52,663 nucleotides of DNA, from positions 33,240,400 through 33,293,062 of the forward strand of contig NC_068981.1 in assembly GCF_001194135.2 (NCBI RefSeq). The letters are read 5' to 3'. Positions within the stretch are counted from its first letter, which is position 1. Each line of letters begins with the position of its first letter. Below are positions 23,301 through 37,653 of this stretch, one piece after another. The notes beneath the pieces were generated by a model, which saw nothing but the letters and a program-made list of their open reading frames with translations, ran no database searches and was not told the DNA's origin. The translations under genes were made by a program, and so were the position numbers. This DNA is from Octopus bimaculoides (Eukaryota).

Positions 23301-26300
23301 AAGCATTTAGGCCTCACCGAGGCAATGACTTCTGACCGAGACCTCTGGAAATATGCTGTGCATGAGAAGACCCGGCAAGCCAAGTGGGACCAAAATCCAA
23401 GGCCTCTGCCAGCGATGTAGCCAGCCCACTTATGCGTACCTTTCCTTCATTGGACACTAAACTCCGCTTGCGAAGACTTGTTGAGGCAAGTGAAATCGAA
23501 CTAAATTCAATGACTGGCCCCCATGCCAACGTCTCCTTCATTGGACACTAAACTTGGCTTTCGAAGACCTGTTGGGGTAAACGAAAGCGGAATCGTGATG
23601 GCACCTGTACCAGTGGAGCGCTAAGAGCACCGTTCGAGTGTGATCATTACCAGAGTTGCCTTCCTGGCACATGAAAAGTCATTCAAGCGAGATCATTGCC
23701 AGTGCTGCTGGACTGGCTCTTGTGCAGGTGGCACGTAAAATACACCATTTTGAGTGTGGCCGCTACCAGTACTGCCTGACTGGCCTTCGTGCCAGTGGCA
23801 CGTAAAAGCACCCACTACACTCTCAGAGTGGTTGGTGTTAGGAAGGGCATCCAGCTGTAGAAACTCTGCCAAATCAGATTGGAGCCTGGTGTAGCCATCT
23901 GGTTTCACCAGTCCTCAGTCAAATCGTCCAACCCATGCTAGCATGGAAAGTGGACGTTAAACAATGATGACATTCCATAGATATTTTGAATCTAAAATGG
24001 ATCAGCATGACATTAAATTGACATTGCTGCTCTCGCAAATCACAGTTACAATCCAACTGACAGGTTTCAGTACAGTTGTTGTCTGTTCAATATCATTCAT
24101 GTGACTTGGATCAATTTGAAACTATGATAAAAAACATTTGTCCATGTAAACTTCTTATATTTGGTGTTTGTTTTATGCTACATTAGTAACTGAATGTTTA
24201 CATATAACTTTGAAATCCTTAACACACTTTCTTCTTTTGATATAATTCCAGTTCAGAAATTGTTGGTTATGTGTTAATTGGTCTTTTTTCATTGGCCCAA
24301 TTAATTACAACAGGGGTCGTTTCAACCACAGAAAAATTACCTGCAGTTATGTTTTCTCAAGACAGGTAAGTATTTGTGAAAATATTTCCAATACAAAAAT
24401 GCTGATTAATTGATTCAAACTATTCAAAATAAAAGTATCACTTGTCATACCTGAAAAGTATCGATGTAGGTTTTATTCAGATTTACATTGTTTCACAATT
24501 TCCTTTAGAAAGCTATTTTTAGATGATGAACAGTGGACTTAATCTGTCATCCAGTTTAACACCGCTATTTGGCACCTTGGTCTATGAGGTGGTTTGTTGT
24601 TTATGACTCATGATACCTGCATTCTTACTACTTTTGGAATCTGGCCTGGAAGTAATCTTCTGCAAGCAAGTTGAGGCCTTTCTGCAATTTGCTCTGAATC
24701 TCAACAGTTGTGCTAAAAAGGCAACTTTTGAGTTGCATTTTCATCCTGAAGATGAAGTCTGCAGGTGCTAAATTTTGCGAAAAGGGTAGGTGTGGAAGTG
24801 ATACCATGTTGTTTTTGGTGAGAAACTCATGAGTGAGGAGAACTCTGTTACAAGCTGCATTGTCATCATGAAGAACTGGATTCTTCGCGCTCTACTAGTC
24901 TGGTCACTTTTACCAAATATTCTCCCTCAAATGCTTCAAAACGCCACAGTAAAACTCTCTATTGACAGTCTGGCCCTGGGGTACAAATTCTTGATGCACA
25001 ATACCAATTTATCAGGAGTGACGCTTGTGGAAGGTCCTTCAGATTGTTTGTCATCTTCCAGGGACATTCTTCAGTTTTTGAAGCACTTGTACCACTCAAA
25101 ATATTGTATACATCCCATTGACTTATGGCCATAAGCTTGCCAAAGCATGCTCAAAGTTTAATGCAAAATTTCACATTGGCTCTTTACAAAGTCACAGACT
25201 ACAGCATACACTTGATCACAAAAACACAAATTTCACAACTTGCAAAGTAAACACAGCAATGTCACATGGCACGCTGCCACATGAAGGTTACTGCTAACTT
25301 TTGCTGAGCACACAACCAGGCAGCTGCCATCTGATAGCATACTACAGAACTAGTCCAGGAACTTTTTCATGCCACCTAGTATATACATACCTGTGCGTAT
25401 GTTTCTGTACCCCATCATTTTGTTTTTGTCTTGCTATTACATGTTTTATTATGAACTCCCTGAAGAGATATAAATGAGGAACCCCCAACCGCTCTTTCTT
25501 CTTTGTGAAAGAACTCTCATTTATTTCGAAACATGTGTAGGAATTAAAGGAACTTTTATTGACATGCGTTTTGCTCCATTTATTATTATCCATATATATA
25601 TATATGTATGTATCTTCAAAATATTACTGAATTTTTAGTTAATATTTGTATATATCTATTTCAGTAACATCAGCCAAAAGTACTTCACAGATATTTATGT
25701 CAAACCATACATCAGAATCGGGCCATATCTCATTGGGATTGTCTATGGCTATCTTCTATACAAAAATAAATCCAAAATGAGGATGAATCGTGTAAGTGTT
25801 ACGCTACTCTTTGTATAGACTAGCGGTTTTCAACCAGGGTCCACATGGCCCCTGAGGGTCCATATAAAGTTTTGAGGGCCCATGCAACAAAATAGTAAAT
25901 TATGGATCTACAATAGTATTTATGGCCTCCTAAAAAATTTGGCTTTACCTCCACACACAACCCTCCGTCTACACACACACACATACACATGCACACACAC
26001 ACGTACACACACATATATATACACATACACACACAGATACAGGCACACACTGCAAGAAAAACACACTCACACAACATACACATACACTCACACACACATA
26101 CTTAAAAGCTGCTTGCTCACTTTCTACTGACCATTGTCCACAACCACTCCCAAATAATTCCTGCTACTAATTCCTTCTACAACGTTAAGCAACACACACA
26201 CACACACTAACAGATAAACAGCCAAACCACACACACGCACACACTAACAGATAAACAGCCAAACCACACACACATACTAACAGATAAACAGCCAAACCAC

Positions 26301-26643
26301 ACACACACACATATGCACATACACGTGCTGTTATTACACACACACACACGGACCTGTGCGCCCGCACACATACATACCTCCCTCTCTTGCACTCTCCTGT
26401 CTTAGAAAGAACTTTTTCTCCACCGTTTCCCTTCCGGTCATTCCACAATGTAACCTCGTGTATATCGTTGGTGATTTTTTCTTCCTCTGTCTTCCCTTCT
26501 TTGGACTTTCCTATATTTCTGACGAAGAGCTCCGCTCGAAACGTCAAATCCTCTTTCTTTCCTTTCCTGAGCGTCCAGTAACTCAATATCTGTATCACGT
26601 CCTCGCGTTGTTGTTTTTTGTCATTTTTCTTGTTTGAACTCAC

Positions 26644-26683
<40 letters not shown>

Positions 26684-29600
26684 TATATCATATGTATATA
26701 TTTGACTTTTTTGCAGTATATATGCGCAAGTCTATGGATGATGGCTACAATATCTGCCATTTCCATTATCTATGGCTTATATAATCTCAATAATGGGTAC
26801 CCAATGACTCAAGATACAGCATCATTCTATACAACAGTCAATCGCAGTGTATGGGGCCTGTGTGTTGGATGGGTCATTTACGCATGTTGCACTGGTTATG
26901 GAGGTAAGAATTATTAGTGCTATCATTATTATCAATATTGTTGTTGTTTGATAATTTTTTTTCTGTTACTTCCTTCTAGAGTTAATATACAGGGTATCCA
27001 CAAAGTCTGGGTACATGGGGATTAACACATACTTTAAGAAATTCTTATTTCTTATATTTAATTGTCTATGTTATGATTTTATTTACTCCATGTACCCAGA
27101 CCTTGTGGACACCCTGTACAATGCAGCTCTGTACATTTTATTGAAGCATTGTTTTACAGCTGTAAACTCTTCCTGTTGTTAACCTATACCTGTTTTTCTA
27201 GAAGATGATTTCTTTTACCACTTGTTTTTGAAAGTACAAAGACGACAACAAGCAATTTGTCAACAGGGGAAATGACAACAACATCACCACTTATAGCTTG
27301 TCAACATTTGAAGAAGTACAAATGTAAACATACATACACACACATGCACATATATGTAACTCTGTGTGTGTGTGGTAGAGAGAGAGAGTTTGTATGTATA
27401 CATGTAAGCATGCAACAAGCTTTTCTATCAATCAAATCTTTTCACAAGTATTAAGCCAGCCTGGGGCAGTAGCAGAAGACACTTCCCCAAGGTGCAGTGC
27501 AGTGGGACTGAACCACAAACTATGTATTGCAAAGTAAACTAAATAGCTCTGCTTGTGCCTGTGCTTACCATATGTGCAGCATTTTGCTTTTATGTTTTTC
27601 TTTATTGTCTTCAGAACACTCAGCTTAATAAGTATGGAATGTTATTTTCTGTTTGTTGCATATTCATACAAATTATGATGTTTTGGTTATCTATTTGACT
27701 GCATCATTTTTTTTTCATTTTTATCATTCCCAAGGCATTATTTTATTATGGAGATTGTTTCAGATTTCACTCTTCAACATTTTCAATACCTCTGTTTCCA
27801 AGTTTCTATATTTGGACAATTTCTCCGTTTTATTCAGACATAAAAGGTTATCCATTAGAATTGATATGTCAATTAAGAGACATGATTATTCCTAATGGAA
27901 TTTGACAATAATGAATGGGCAATTTACCCAGAGGTATTAACATGTCCCAAAGAATAGTCACTTCATAATTCCCAGAGATGTTTTGCTGTCTGTATTTCTA
28001 TCATATTTTTTTTATATTTTGTTTTGCTGTCGATATGCCATAAAGCTGACATAGTGTCTAGTCATGACTGTTTATGTCATTCTCATCATCATTGTCTTCA
28101 TCATTATTATCATTATCAATATCATCGTCATCAACGTTGTCAACATCATCATCATCTTCATCATTATTATAATCATCTTCATTGTATTCATCATCATCAC
28201 CATCATCGTCATCATCATTTTAACATCAACTTTTCCAAACTTGCATGGGTCAAGTGGAAATCGTTAAGGCTGATTTCCTACAGCTTGATGCCTTTCCTGT
28301 TCCCAACCCACAAGCGAGGTAATATTTCCTCATGGCCATGAATGTTTACNNNNNNNNNNNNAGATTACAAATGAATCACTTCACTTGTGTAACAGTGAGA
28401 CTCATACACAACTACTATGCAATGTCAAGGCAAGGAGACACACACACACACACATGCACACATACATACATGCATGCATGCATACATACGTACATACATA
28501 CATACATACATACATACATACATACTGTATCCAGATTACAAGTTCAGGTTTATACCTGTAATTATTGGGGTCCTGAGATATGTAACACACTGCCTAAATA
28601 CCAATCTTGAGAAATTAGGCTTCTCAAAACCTGAAAAGAGAAAGCTAATTCAAAGACTACAAATCCAATCCATCACTGGAACTGTAAAGATCTGTAAAAT
28701 TTTCCAGAAGTTTATCATTTAAATATATATGAGCATTCTCTAGATATGCAACTTTATGCATGAGAATACATACATAAAACATACAAATCTGCACATACAT
28801 ACATACAAACAAAAATACCCTGTTGTTGGTGTTGAAATTCTAATGAAGGAACCTTGGATCTAGGTTAGAAACAGGGTTCTTTCTATATTGGAAAGAAATC
28901 TTGAAATAAACTGAATAATGACATATATACATGCATATACATATATATATATATATACGCATACATCATCGTTTAACGTCCGCTTTCCATGCTAGCATGG
29001 GTTGGACGATTTGACTGAGGACTGGTGAAACCGGATGGCAACACCAGGCTCCAGTCTGATTTGGCAGAGTTTCTACAGCTGGATGCCCTTCCTAACGCCA
29101 ACCACTCAGAGAGTGTAGTGGGTGCTTTTACGTGTCACCCGCACGAAAACGGCCACGCTCGAAATGGTGTCTTTTATGTGCCNNNNNNNNNNNNNNNNNN
29201 NNNNNNNNNNNNNNNNNNNNNNNNNNNNNNNNNNNNNNNNNNNNNNNNNNNNNNNNNNNNNNNNNNNNNNNNNNNNNNNNNNNNNNNNNNNNGCCGGGTC
29301 TTCTCACGCACAGCCCATTTCCAAAGGTCTCGGTCCGTAGTCATCGCCTCGGTGAGGCCCAATGTACGAAGGTCTTGCCTCACCACCTCAGCCCAGGTCT
29401 TCCTGGGCCTACCTCTTCCACGGGTTCCCTCAACTGTTAGGGTGTGGCACTTTTTCACGCAGCTATCCTCCTCCATTCTCACCACATGTCCATACCAGCG
29501 CAATCGTCTCTCTTGCACGCCACAACTGATGCTTCTAATGTTCAGCTTTTCTCTCAAGATACTTACACTCTGACGGGTCGTTTTCCATGCTGACATGGGT

Positions 29601-31186
29601 TGGACAGTTTGACAGGAGCTGACCAGTTGAAGGGCTGTCCAGCTTCCCTGTCTGTTTTCGCAAAGTTTCTAATGCCATATATATACGTGTATGTGTGTGT
29701 ATAGATGCATACACACACGCATACTCATATATACACATATACATACATACATACACAGACAGGACAGACTTCTTTCAGTTTCCATCAATCAAATTTATTT
29801 GCAAGGCTTCTGGTCAACCTAAGGCTATTGCCCAAGGTACCACAATGCTAAAGTTGGGCTGAACCTGAAACCATGTGGTTGGAAAACAAAATTCTTAACC
29901 ACACAACCATACCTGTGCCTATGCATTCCATTTAAAACAACATCATTACTAACACAGTAGTCAGTGTGTATCAGTCATGTTATCAAAACATTGCTCTTCT
30001 TCAAATTGGTGGCTTGTTGCCTTTGTTAGAAATCTTCATATTCCATTTTTATTAAGACTGGACAACAGACACAATGTGACTGATTGTGTTTTCACAGCTG
30101 CAAAATATTCTATAATTACTTTTGAAATTCTGCTCATTATGTGATTAAGATTTTATTTGTCCCATGATAAAAAAAAAAATTGTTATCTTTATCCTTTTTC
30201 TTTTACTTCTTTTGGTCATTTGGACTGTTGCCATGCTGGGGCTCCACATCGAAAGGATTTTGTCACACAAATCAACACCAAGTGCTTGTTTTTTTTTGTT
30301 TTTTTTTTTGTGCCATCCCGATTTCACTTTCGCTTGCCCCAATAAGTCTTCAAAAGCTGAGTTTCGTGTCCAATGAAGGAGATGACGTTGGCATGGGTGN
30401 NNNNNNNNNNNNNNNNNNNNNNNNNNNNNNNNNNNNNNNNNNNNNNNNNNNNNNNNNNNNNNNNNNNNNNNNNNNNNNNNNNNNNNNNNNNNNNNNNNNN
30501 NNNNNNNNNNNNNNNNNNNNNNNNNNNNNNNNNNNNNNNNNNNNNNNNNNNNNNNNNNNNNNNNNNNNNNNNNNNNNNNNNNNNNNNNNNNNNNNNNNNN
30601 NNNNNNNNNNNNNNNNNNNNNNNNNNNNNNNNNNNNNNNNNNNNNNNNNNNNNNNNNNNNNNNNNNNNNNNNNNNNNNNNNNNNNNNNNNNNNNNNNNNN
30701 NNNNNNNNNNNNNNNNNNNNNNNNNNNNNNNNNNNNNNNNNNNNNNNNNNNNNNNNNNNNNNNNNNNNNNNNNNNNNNNNNNNNNNNNNNNNNNNNNNNN
30801 NNNNNNNNNNNNNNNNNNNNNNNNNNNNNNNNNNNNNNNNNNNNNNNNNNNNNNNNNNNNNNNNNNNNNNNNNNNNNNNNNNNNNNNNNNNNNNNNNNNN
30901 NNNNNNNNNNNNNNNNNNNNNNNNNNNNNNNNNNNNNNNNNNNNNNNNNNNNNNNNNNNNNNNNNNNNNNNNNNNNNNNNNNNNNNNNNNNNNNNNNNNN
31001 NNNNNNNNNNNNNNNNNNNNNNNNNNNNNNNNNNNNNNNNNNNNNNNNNNNNNNNNNNNNNNNNNNNNNNNNNNNNNNNNNNNNNNNNNNNNNNNNNNNN
31101 NNNNNNNNNNNNNNNNNNNNNNNNNNNNNNNNNNNNNNNNNNNNNNNNNNNNNNNNNNNNNNNNNNNNNNNNNNNNNNNNNNNNNN

Positions 31187-31230
<44 letters not shown>

Positions 31231-32833
31231 CAGTGTGCAATGGGTAAATTGTCACCATTTTATATTTTTAATTTTGCTCATGCACATTGTTTGTTTTTGA
31301 TTTTGTTGACTATACAGTATAGTAGAGTCAAGTCATGTCCCTATAGTAGAAAGAATTGTTTAATATTTTGTCATTCATTTTATGTGTTCTTGTTGTTTCT
31401 TCATGTTTTCCCATATTGTTATCATCAATATTTAATGTTGGCTCTGATCCCACAGCTGAAACAATTTAATCACACATTTTTCTGTGCGCGTATATACATA
31501 TATGTGTGTGTGTGTTTCCTACTAATTTATAATGGTGATTACTACTACTACAACAGCTACTATTACTCCTCCTCCTCCTCCTCCTCCTACTACTACTACT
31601 ACTACTACTACTTAAGCTCTTCGTCCCAAAGGAGTATAGGCCATTGATGACTTTCCTTCATTTTTCTCAACTTGAGGGAAGGCCTTTCTCTTCCAGATTG
31701 TTGGTTTTGCGTTGCTATCAATGCTTCTGTAACTTTAGTTTTTCCTAGGTAAGACGTGACCTGTGAATGAATCAATTATCAATTCAGTAGGTGATTCTCT
31801 TAAGCTATCAGAGTATTCAAGAACTTGACAGCATTTAAAGATGTTTTTCTTTTCTGAAACATATAAGAACAAGTCAGCTTCTTAAATACCATTTCTCTCT
31901 TACCTATGCAATCCTATTTTTGCCCTATGGGAAGAAATGATCCATATCAATCTGGACTTTATTCTTTGATCTATCCAGCTTGGGTGGCCCTACCAAGAGT
32001 TTTTGCACTTTCAGGGAGATTGAGGCATAAAAGCCACTGTCCCACACCTAGGACTTGACCTAGTGGTGGATAAAGGTGGCTCATGTTTTTCAATTTATTT
32101 GTCATTCTGTTTATTTAAGTTCTAATTCTTCCTTTGGGCAGCACACCAGCTTTTTAACCATGGCTGTGTCGTTAAGAAGTTCAGTTCCTAACTACAAACT
32201 TTTGGGTTCAGTCTCACTGCGTGGAATCTTGGTCAGGTATCATCTGTTTTAGCCCCTCATTGACCAAAGCCTTAGAGTGGAGTTGGTAGAGTAGAGTTGC
32301 TAGTGGAGTTGGATGGATGAATGAATGTAAGATGTTTTTGTTGTTATTATTTAGTTCTATTTCTCGATTACTTGCCAATGGAGAAAGAGCTGGTTTCTAA
32401 TCTTGATCCAAGGCTTCACTGAAATTTTCAACACCAACAACATATTTGTGCATGTCTGTGTGTATGCATGCAATACATATGTATTTAATTATGTATGAGT
32501 GTGTGTGTGTATTACCAATGTCATACTTAATGTATATGTTTTGTTTATGCACTTATTGGCTGTGGGATTTGTCCAGGGTAAAGTCCCTTTAAGTTGTCAA
32601 GTGTTAAAATAGCACACAGATTTTCCCTCTACAAACCTCACAGCCAATAAAAAAAAACATACTTTAAGTATGTGACATTGATGATGTTTCCATGATTAGA
32701 GCTGCTTCTACTACAAAATTTAATATGGTAAGCCAGGGTTCGTCCTCAAATTATTTTCAGTTGCTTTTTTGATCATTCTAAGTGCTCCTACAATCACTGG
32801 TATTGTAACCACCTTGAGATGCCAGTAGAAAGG

Positions 32834-32868
<35 letters not shown>

Positions 32869-35800
32869 GGTGGTGCAATAGTAGAACCATTAGTATGTCA
32901 GACAAAATGCTTAGCAGCAGTTTGTCATGTTTACATTCATAATCTAATGACTAAAACAAATAAAAAAATAAAAGACTTAGAGCTTTATTACTATGTATCA
33001 GGCTGAGTAAGCATGAAATTCATGATATATTTCAACAATGCAGAAATTTTATTCATCAAAGTAAGTACCATTACAATCAACACATTTTTGCCAGTGAGTT
33101 ACAAGTTTGTTTAATTCGGTAGCACAAAAGTGTGGAGTTCTGGAGCTGATGAACTCTTTGAACACACTTTCAGCATCAGTTTGATTTTCGAACTCCTCTC
33201 GCAGGGAACCATCAAGGTGCTTGAAAAAGTGGTAGTCGGTAGGAGAAAAGTTTGAGGAATAAGCTGGATGGGGAAGAACTTAGTAACCAAGTTCCCTCAA
33301 TTTCTGGAGCGTCATTAGTAAAACGTGTGGTCAAGCATTGCCATGAAGAATGATTGACTATCTTCTGTTGACCAGTCTGGGATGGAGGAGTAACAGTTTT
33401 TCATTCATTTTGGCAATTTCATGGCAATATGTTTCTGCAGTAATGGATTTTCCTGGTTTTAAGAAGTTACAGTGGATGAGTCCAGCAGTCACCATAACCT
33501 TCTTTTTGAAGAGCTCGGGTTTAGGTAAGGTTTTTGGTGCTACATTTTAGCCCAACTACTCCAAAGAACATTTTTTATAATTGTACAGAATCCATTTTTC
33601 ATTGCAAGTTACAATACATTCAAGAAATGGATCGGTCTGGTTGTGAAGAAGCGACGAGCAAATTTCATATCTGCGCATTTTCTGATTTTCATTCAAATCG
33701 TGTGATACCCATTTGTTGAGCTCTTTTGATTTTCTGATTGCATGCAAATGGTTGCAGGCAGTTTTCTGGCTAACTTGAAGCTCTTTTGCCAGTTCTTGAG
33801 TGGTTTTACGTGGATCTTTCTCAATGACGATCTGTAATTGGCTGTCATCAATGACAGATGGGTGTCCACTATGCTCACGATCTTCAAGGCTCAGGTCTCC
33901 ACTACAAAATCATTTAAACCATTTTCGAGCTGACCACTCACTGGTCATTTCCTCACCAAACATTTTGGTGATGTCGCAAGCAGTTTCAGCTGCTTTACGT
34001 CCTTTTTTGAAGTTGAACAGCAAAATTGCTCAAATATTGCACTTTCACAGATCCATTTCAGATGATTGTAACAACAGTGAAAAAAAGAAATCAATGTTAA
34101 TTTATTGATGCATTTGGGCAAGTCTGTGCCTGTATTATCAGACAATTTTTTTTTTAAATGTTTTTAAAAAATTCAAAACACTGCAAAAATCTGGTACAAA
34201 TTCTTCATGGTTCAAAACGTTGCTTACTTTTTACTCAACCTGATACATCATCAAATAAATCTGTTAATTTAGAAAATTTGAAAATGATTCACATTGTAAA
34301 ATGTCATAACACATCCACATAACCTCTCATCACCCCCATATCTTCCCCCACTTTGTTCCTGAGAGTCAACTCACCTGTTCTTTTTGTTATTAAGTTTCCA
34401 TGCTTTTAACTGGATTAGAAATTTTTGTCTCAGTTGTTCAGAGATAGTGAAATGTTCAGAGATTATAACACCCAGATGATTGTCTATTTCAGTTAGAGCA
34501 ATGTTTCACAACTATTTCTCTTACCTATGGAGCCCTTCGATTCCTATTATATTTGGATGGACCCTCATAACTACCTAATACTCAAAAGATCCTGTTACAT
34601 TTTTATAATTAAACATTCTTATGAATTATATAGAAATATTAAAATATTTTGTATTGTAGAAGTGTAACCAATTTATTGCACATAAATCTCACCAACAGAA
34701 TCTTATATAGATCCCTAAGGGTCATATGGACCCCAGTTAAGAACCACTGGGTTTGAGCATAGTGCTAGCTCTGGTCAGTCTTGATAGAATTTGAACACAG
34801 AATAAAGTAAGGAATGAAATAAAATGCTGCAGGCACTCAGTCTAGGACTCTTTGCATTCCTGGTAGTAAACATATGACTTATGTATAATATTATTATCAT
34901 CATTCTTGTTAATGGTATTGCTATTGTTGATTGCCAATTTTATTATTTTTTCCTTCTTTCTTTTTTTTATTTTGGACAAAAAAATATTTTCTATAAATAA
35001 TTTCAATGGAATTATTGATTTTTTTTTCTTCTTATTTCATTTCAGGTTATGTGAACACTATCTTGTCATGGAAAGCACTCATCCCCCTCAGCCGTTTGAC
35101 ATATTGTGCTTATCTGGTGCATCCAGTTATTATGTATTACTTTTATCTCAACCAACGCTATTCTTTACACCTGACGTATATTTTAGCTGTGAGTACATAA
35201 ATATGTTCATCTTCTCAAATAACAATAATAGCTAGGAAGATTCTGCAGGATCATTCACCAAACTAGAAGCAACAGCCAAATTTCCCTCAAACCACTCATT
35301 AACATTTAGAAAAAGTTAAGGACTCATTGGATAATGTAATCCTAAGTGGTTTTAAATTTAGGCACAGGACCAGCAGTTTTTAAGGGGAGGGGGAAGTTAG
35401 TTGACTGGTACTTCTTTAAGGACCCCAAAAGAATGAAAGGTAAAGTTGACCTTGTCAGAATTTGAGCTCAGAACCAAAATGCAGACGAAATACCATTAAG
35501 CATTTTGTATGGCCTGCTAACTGTTCTACCAGCTCATTACTTTGTAATTCTAACTAAATAAGATGGGTTATCACAACCAGAATGATTTTGATCACAGGTC
35601 TGAGCTGAAACAATACCAACAATAGTAAAGGTGAGCCAATTACAGAGATTCTATGCAGTAGCTCAAATGGCTAAAAATAGCAGATGTCCCTTCACTCATA
35701 CATATTACAATCTTATTGGACACAATGCTCAGGTGCACTACAACTCATCAGAAAAGGTTAAAAGAGGGGACTGAGGATAGATGTAAAGAAAGACAGTAAC

Positions 35801-37584
35801 GAAAGCTAGAAATACTTGAACAGTACATGGAATTAAACACAAAAATAGAAAAAAGTGAACATTAAGTGTCCTAAAAAATAAGGCTGAACAGGTGTATCGG
35901 GAGTAGTGTTGGCGAATTTCTGGAAGCATTGAAATTTTGAAAGATGACTTGCTTCAACAATTCTGAGCATGAAAAATTTTCTAGAAGTCATGGCTGTGCT
36001 GTTTTGTTTTTTTTTTGTTTATTTTTGATTTGATTAGCATAACCATGAGTGGTAGAGGTAGTGAATTTAAAGAGATGGTGAATGTTATTGTTGGAAAGAT
36101 GATGGATAATCTTGTGGGCTTCTACCAAGTCAGTTGCAAGATGTTTCAGAAAAGACATTTTGAATATATATATTAGTCAATCAGATCAACTCTAGTTCTT
36201 GACTAATAGTTATTTTATTGACTTTAGGAGGCGTAAAAGTGAAGTTGACCTTAGGGGAATTTAGATTCAGAACATAAGAAGGTGTAACTAAATATCAGAA
36301 GTTAATGAGAGAGCCTTAAAACCAATGGTATGGTTCTCAACCTTTTTAATATCAGGGTCAGATTCAAAACCTGGATTTTGTTTTAGGGGCTACACAAAAA
36401 AATAAATAAAACGAGTCAATTAAAGAAAAATTTATTATATTTATAAAAAGAAGACTGTCAGAGGCCACTGGAAAGATGCTTGAGGGCTGTATGTGGCCCT
36501 GGGAGCCATTATAGAGAACTGCTGCTCTAGACAGTCACTTAACCTGCAAAAAACAGCAGTCAGATTTCTTCCAAATAACACATGCTATAATCTAAGAAAA
36601 AAAAGGATACATTGGATTCTATACGCGTTTACTCTTTTACTTGTTTCAGTCATTTGACTGTGGCCATGCTGGAGCACCACCTTTCGTTGAATAAATTGAC
36701 CCCACAACTTATTCTTTGTAAGCCTAGAACTTATTCTATCAGTCTCTTATGCCGAACTGCTAAGTTACGGGGACGTAAACACACCAATATCAGTTGTCAA
36801 GAGATGGTGGGGTAACAAGCACAGACACAAACAACAAACACATACATACATATATATATATGACAGGCTTCTTTTAGTTTCCATCTACCAAATCCACTCA
36901 CAAGGCTTCGGCCGACCGGAGGCTATAGTAGAAGACACTTGCCCAAGGTGCCACACAGTGGGACTGAACCCGGAACCACATGGTTGGGAAGCAAGCTTCT
37001 TACCACACAGCCACTCCTGCACTTATGGATAATATATGTTTGTAAAAAAGTTGGGATGGTCACCAGACTGGTGTTTTACTTTATCACTACCCAGTCACTA
37101 GTCATTGCCTCAGTAAGGCCCAATGTTTGAAGGTCATGGTTCACCACCTCATCCCAGATTTTCCTGGGTCTACCTCTTCCACAGGTTCCCTCAACTGCTA
37201 GGGTGTGACACTTTTTCACACAACTGTCCTCATTCATTCACAACACATGACCATACCAGCACAGTTGTCTCTCTTGCACACATCTGATGCTTCTTAAATC
37301 TAACTTTTCTCTCAGGGAGCTTACACTCTGTTATGTATGCACACTGACATTACACATCCAGCGGAGCATACTGGCTTCATTCCTTGCAAGCTTATGCATG
37401 TCCTCAGCAGTCACAGCCCATGTTTCACTGCCATGTAGCATGGCTGTTTGCACACGTGTCATACAGTCTACATTTTACTCTGAGCAAGAGGCCCTTTGTC
37501 ACCAGCAGTGGTACGAGCTCTCTGAACTTTGCCCAGGCTAGTCTTATTCTAGCAGCTACACTTTCAGAGCATTCACCCCTATAC

Positions 37585-37653
<69 letters not shown>

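Noticed and set aside
23440-23830. Repeat-spacer appearance resembling a CRISPR array
   Set aside because: Animal DNA, few degenerate units, no cas genes; part of a LINE UTR.
28024-28341. Poly-His / poly-Ile ORFs
   Set aside because: (CAT)n low-complexity DNA with no splice support.
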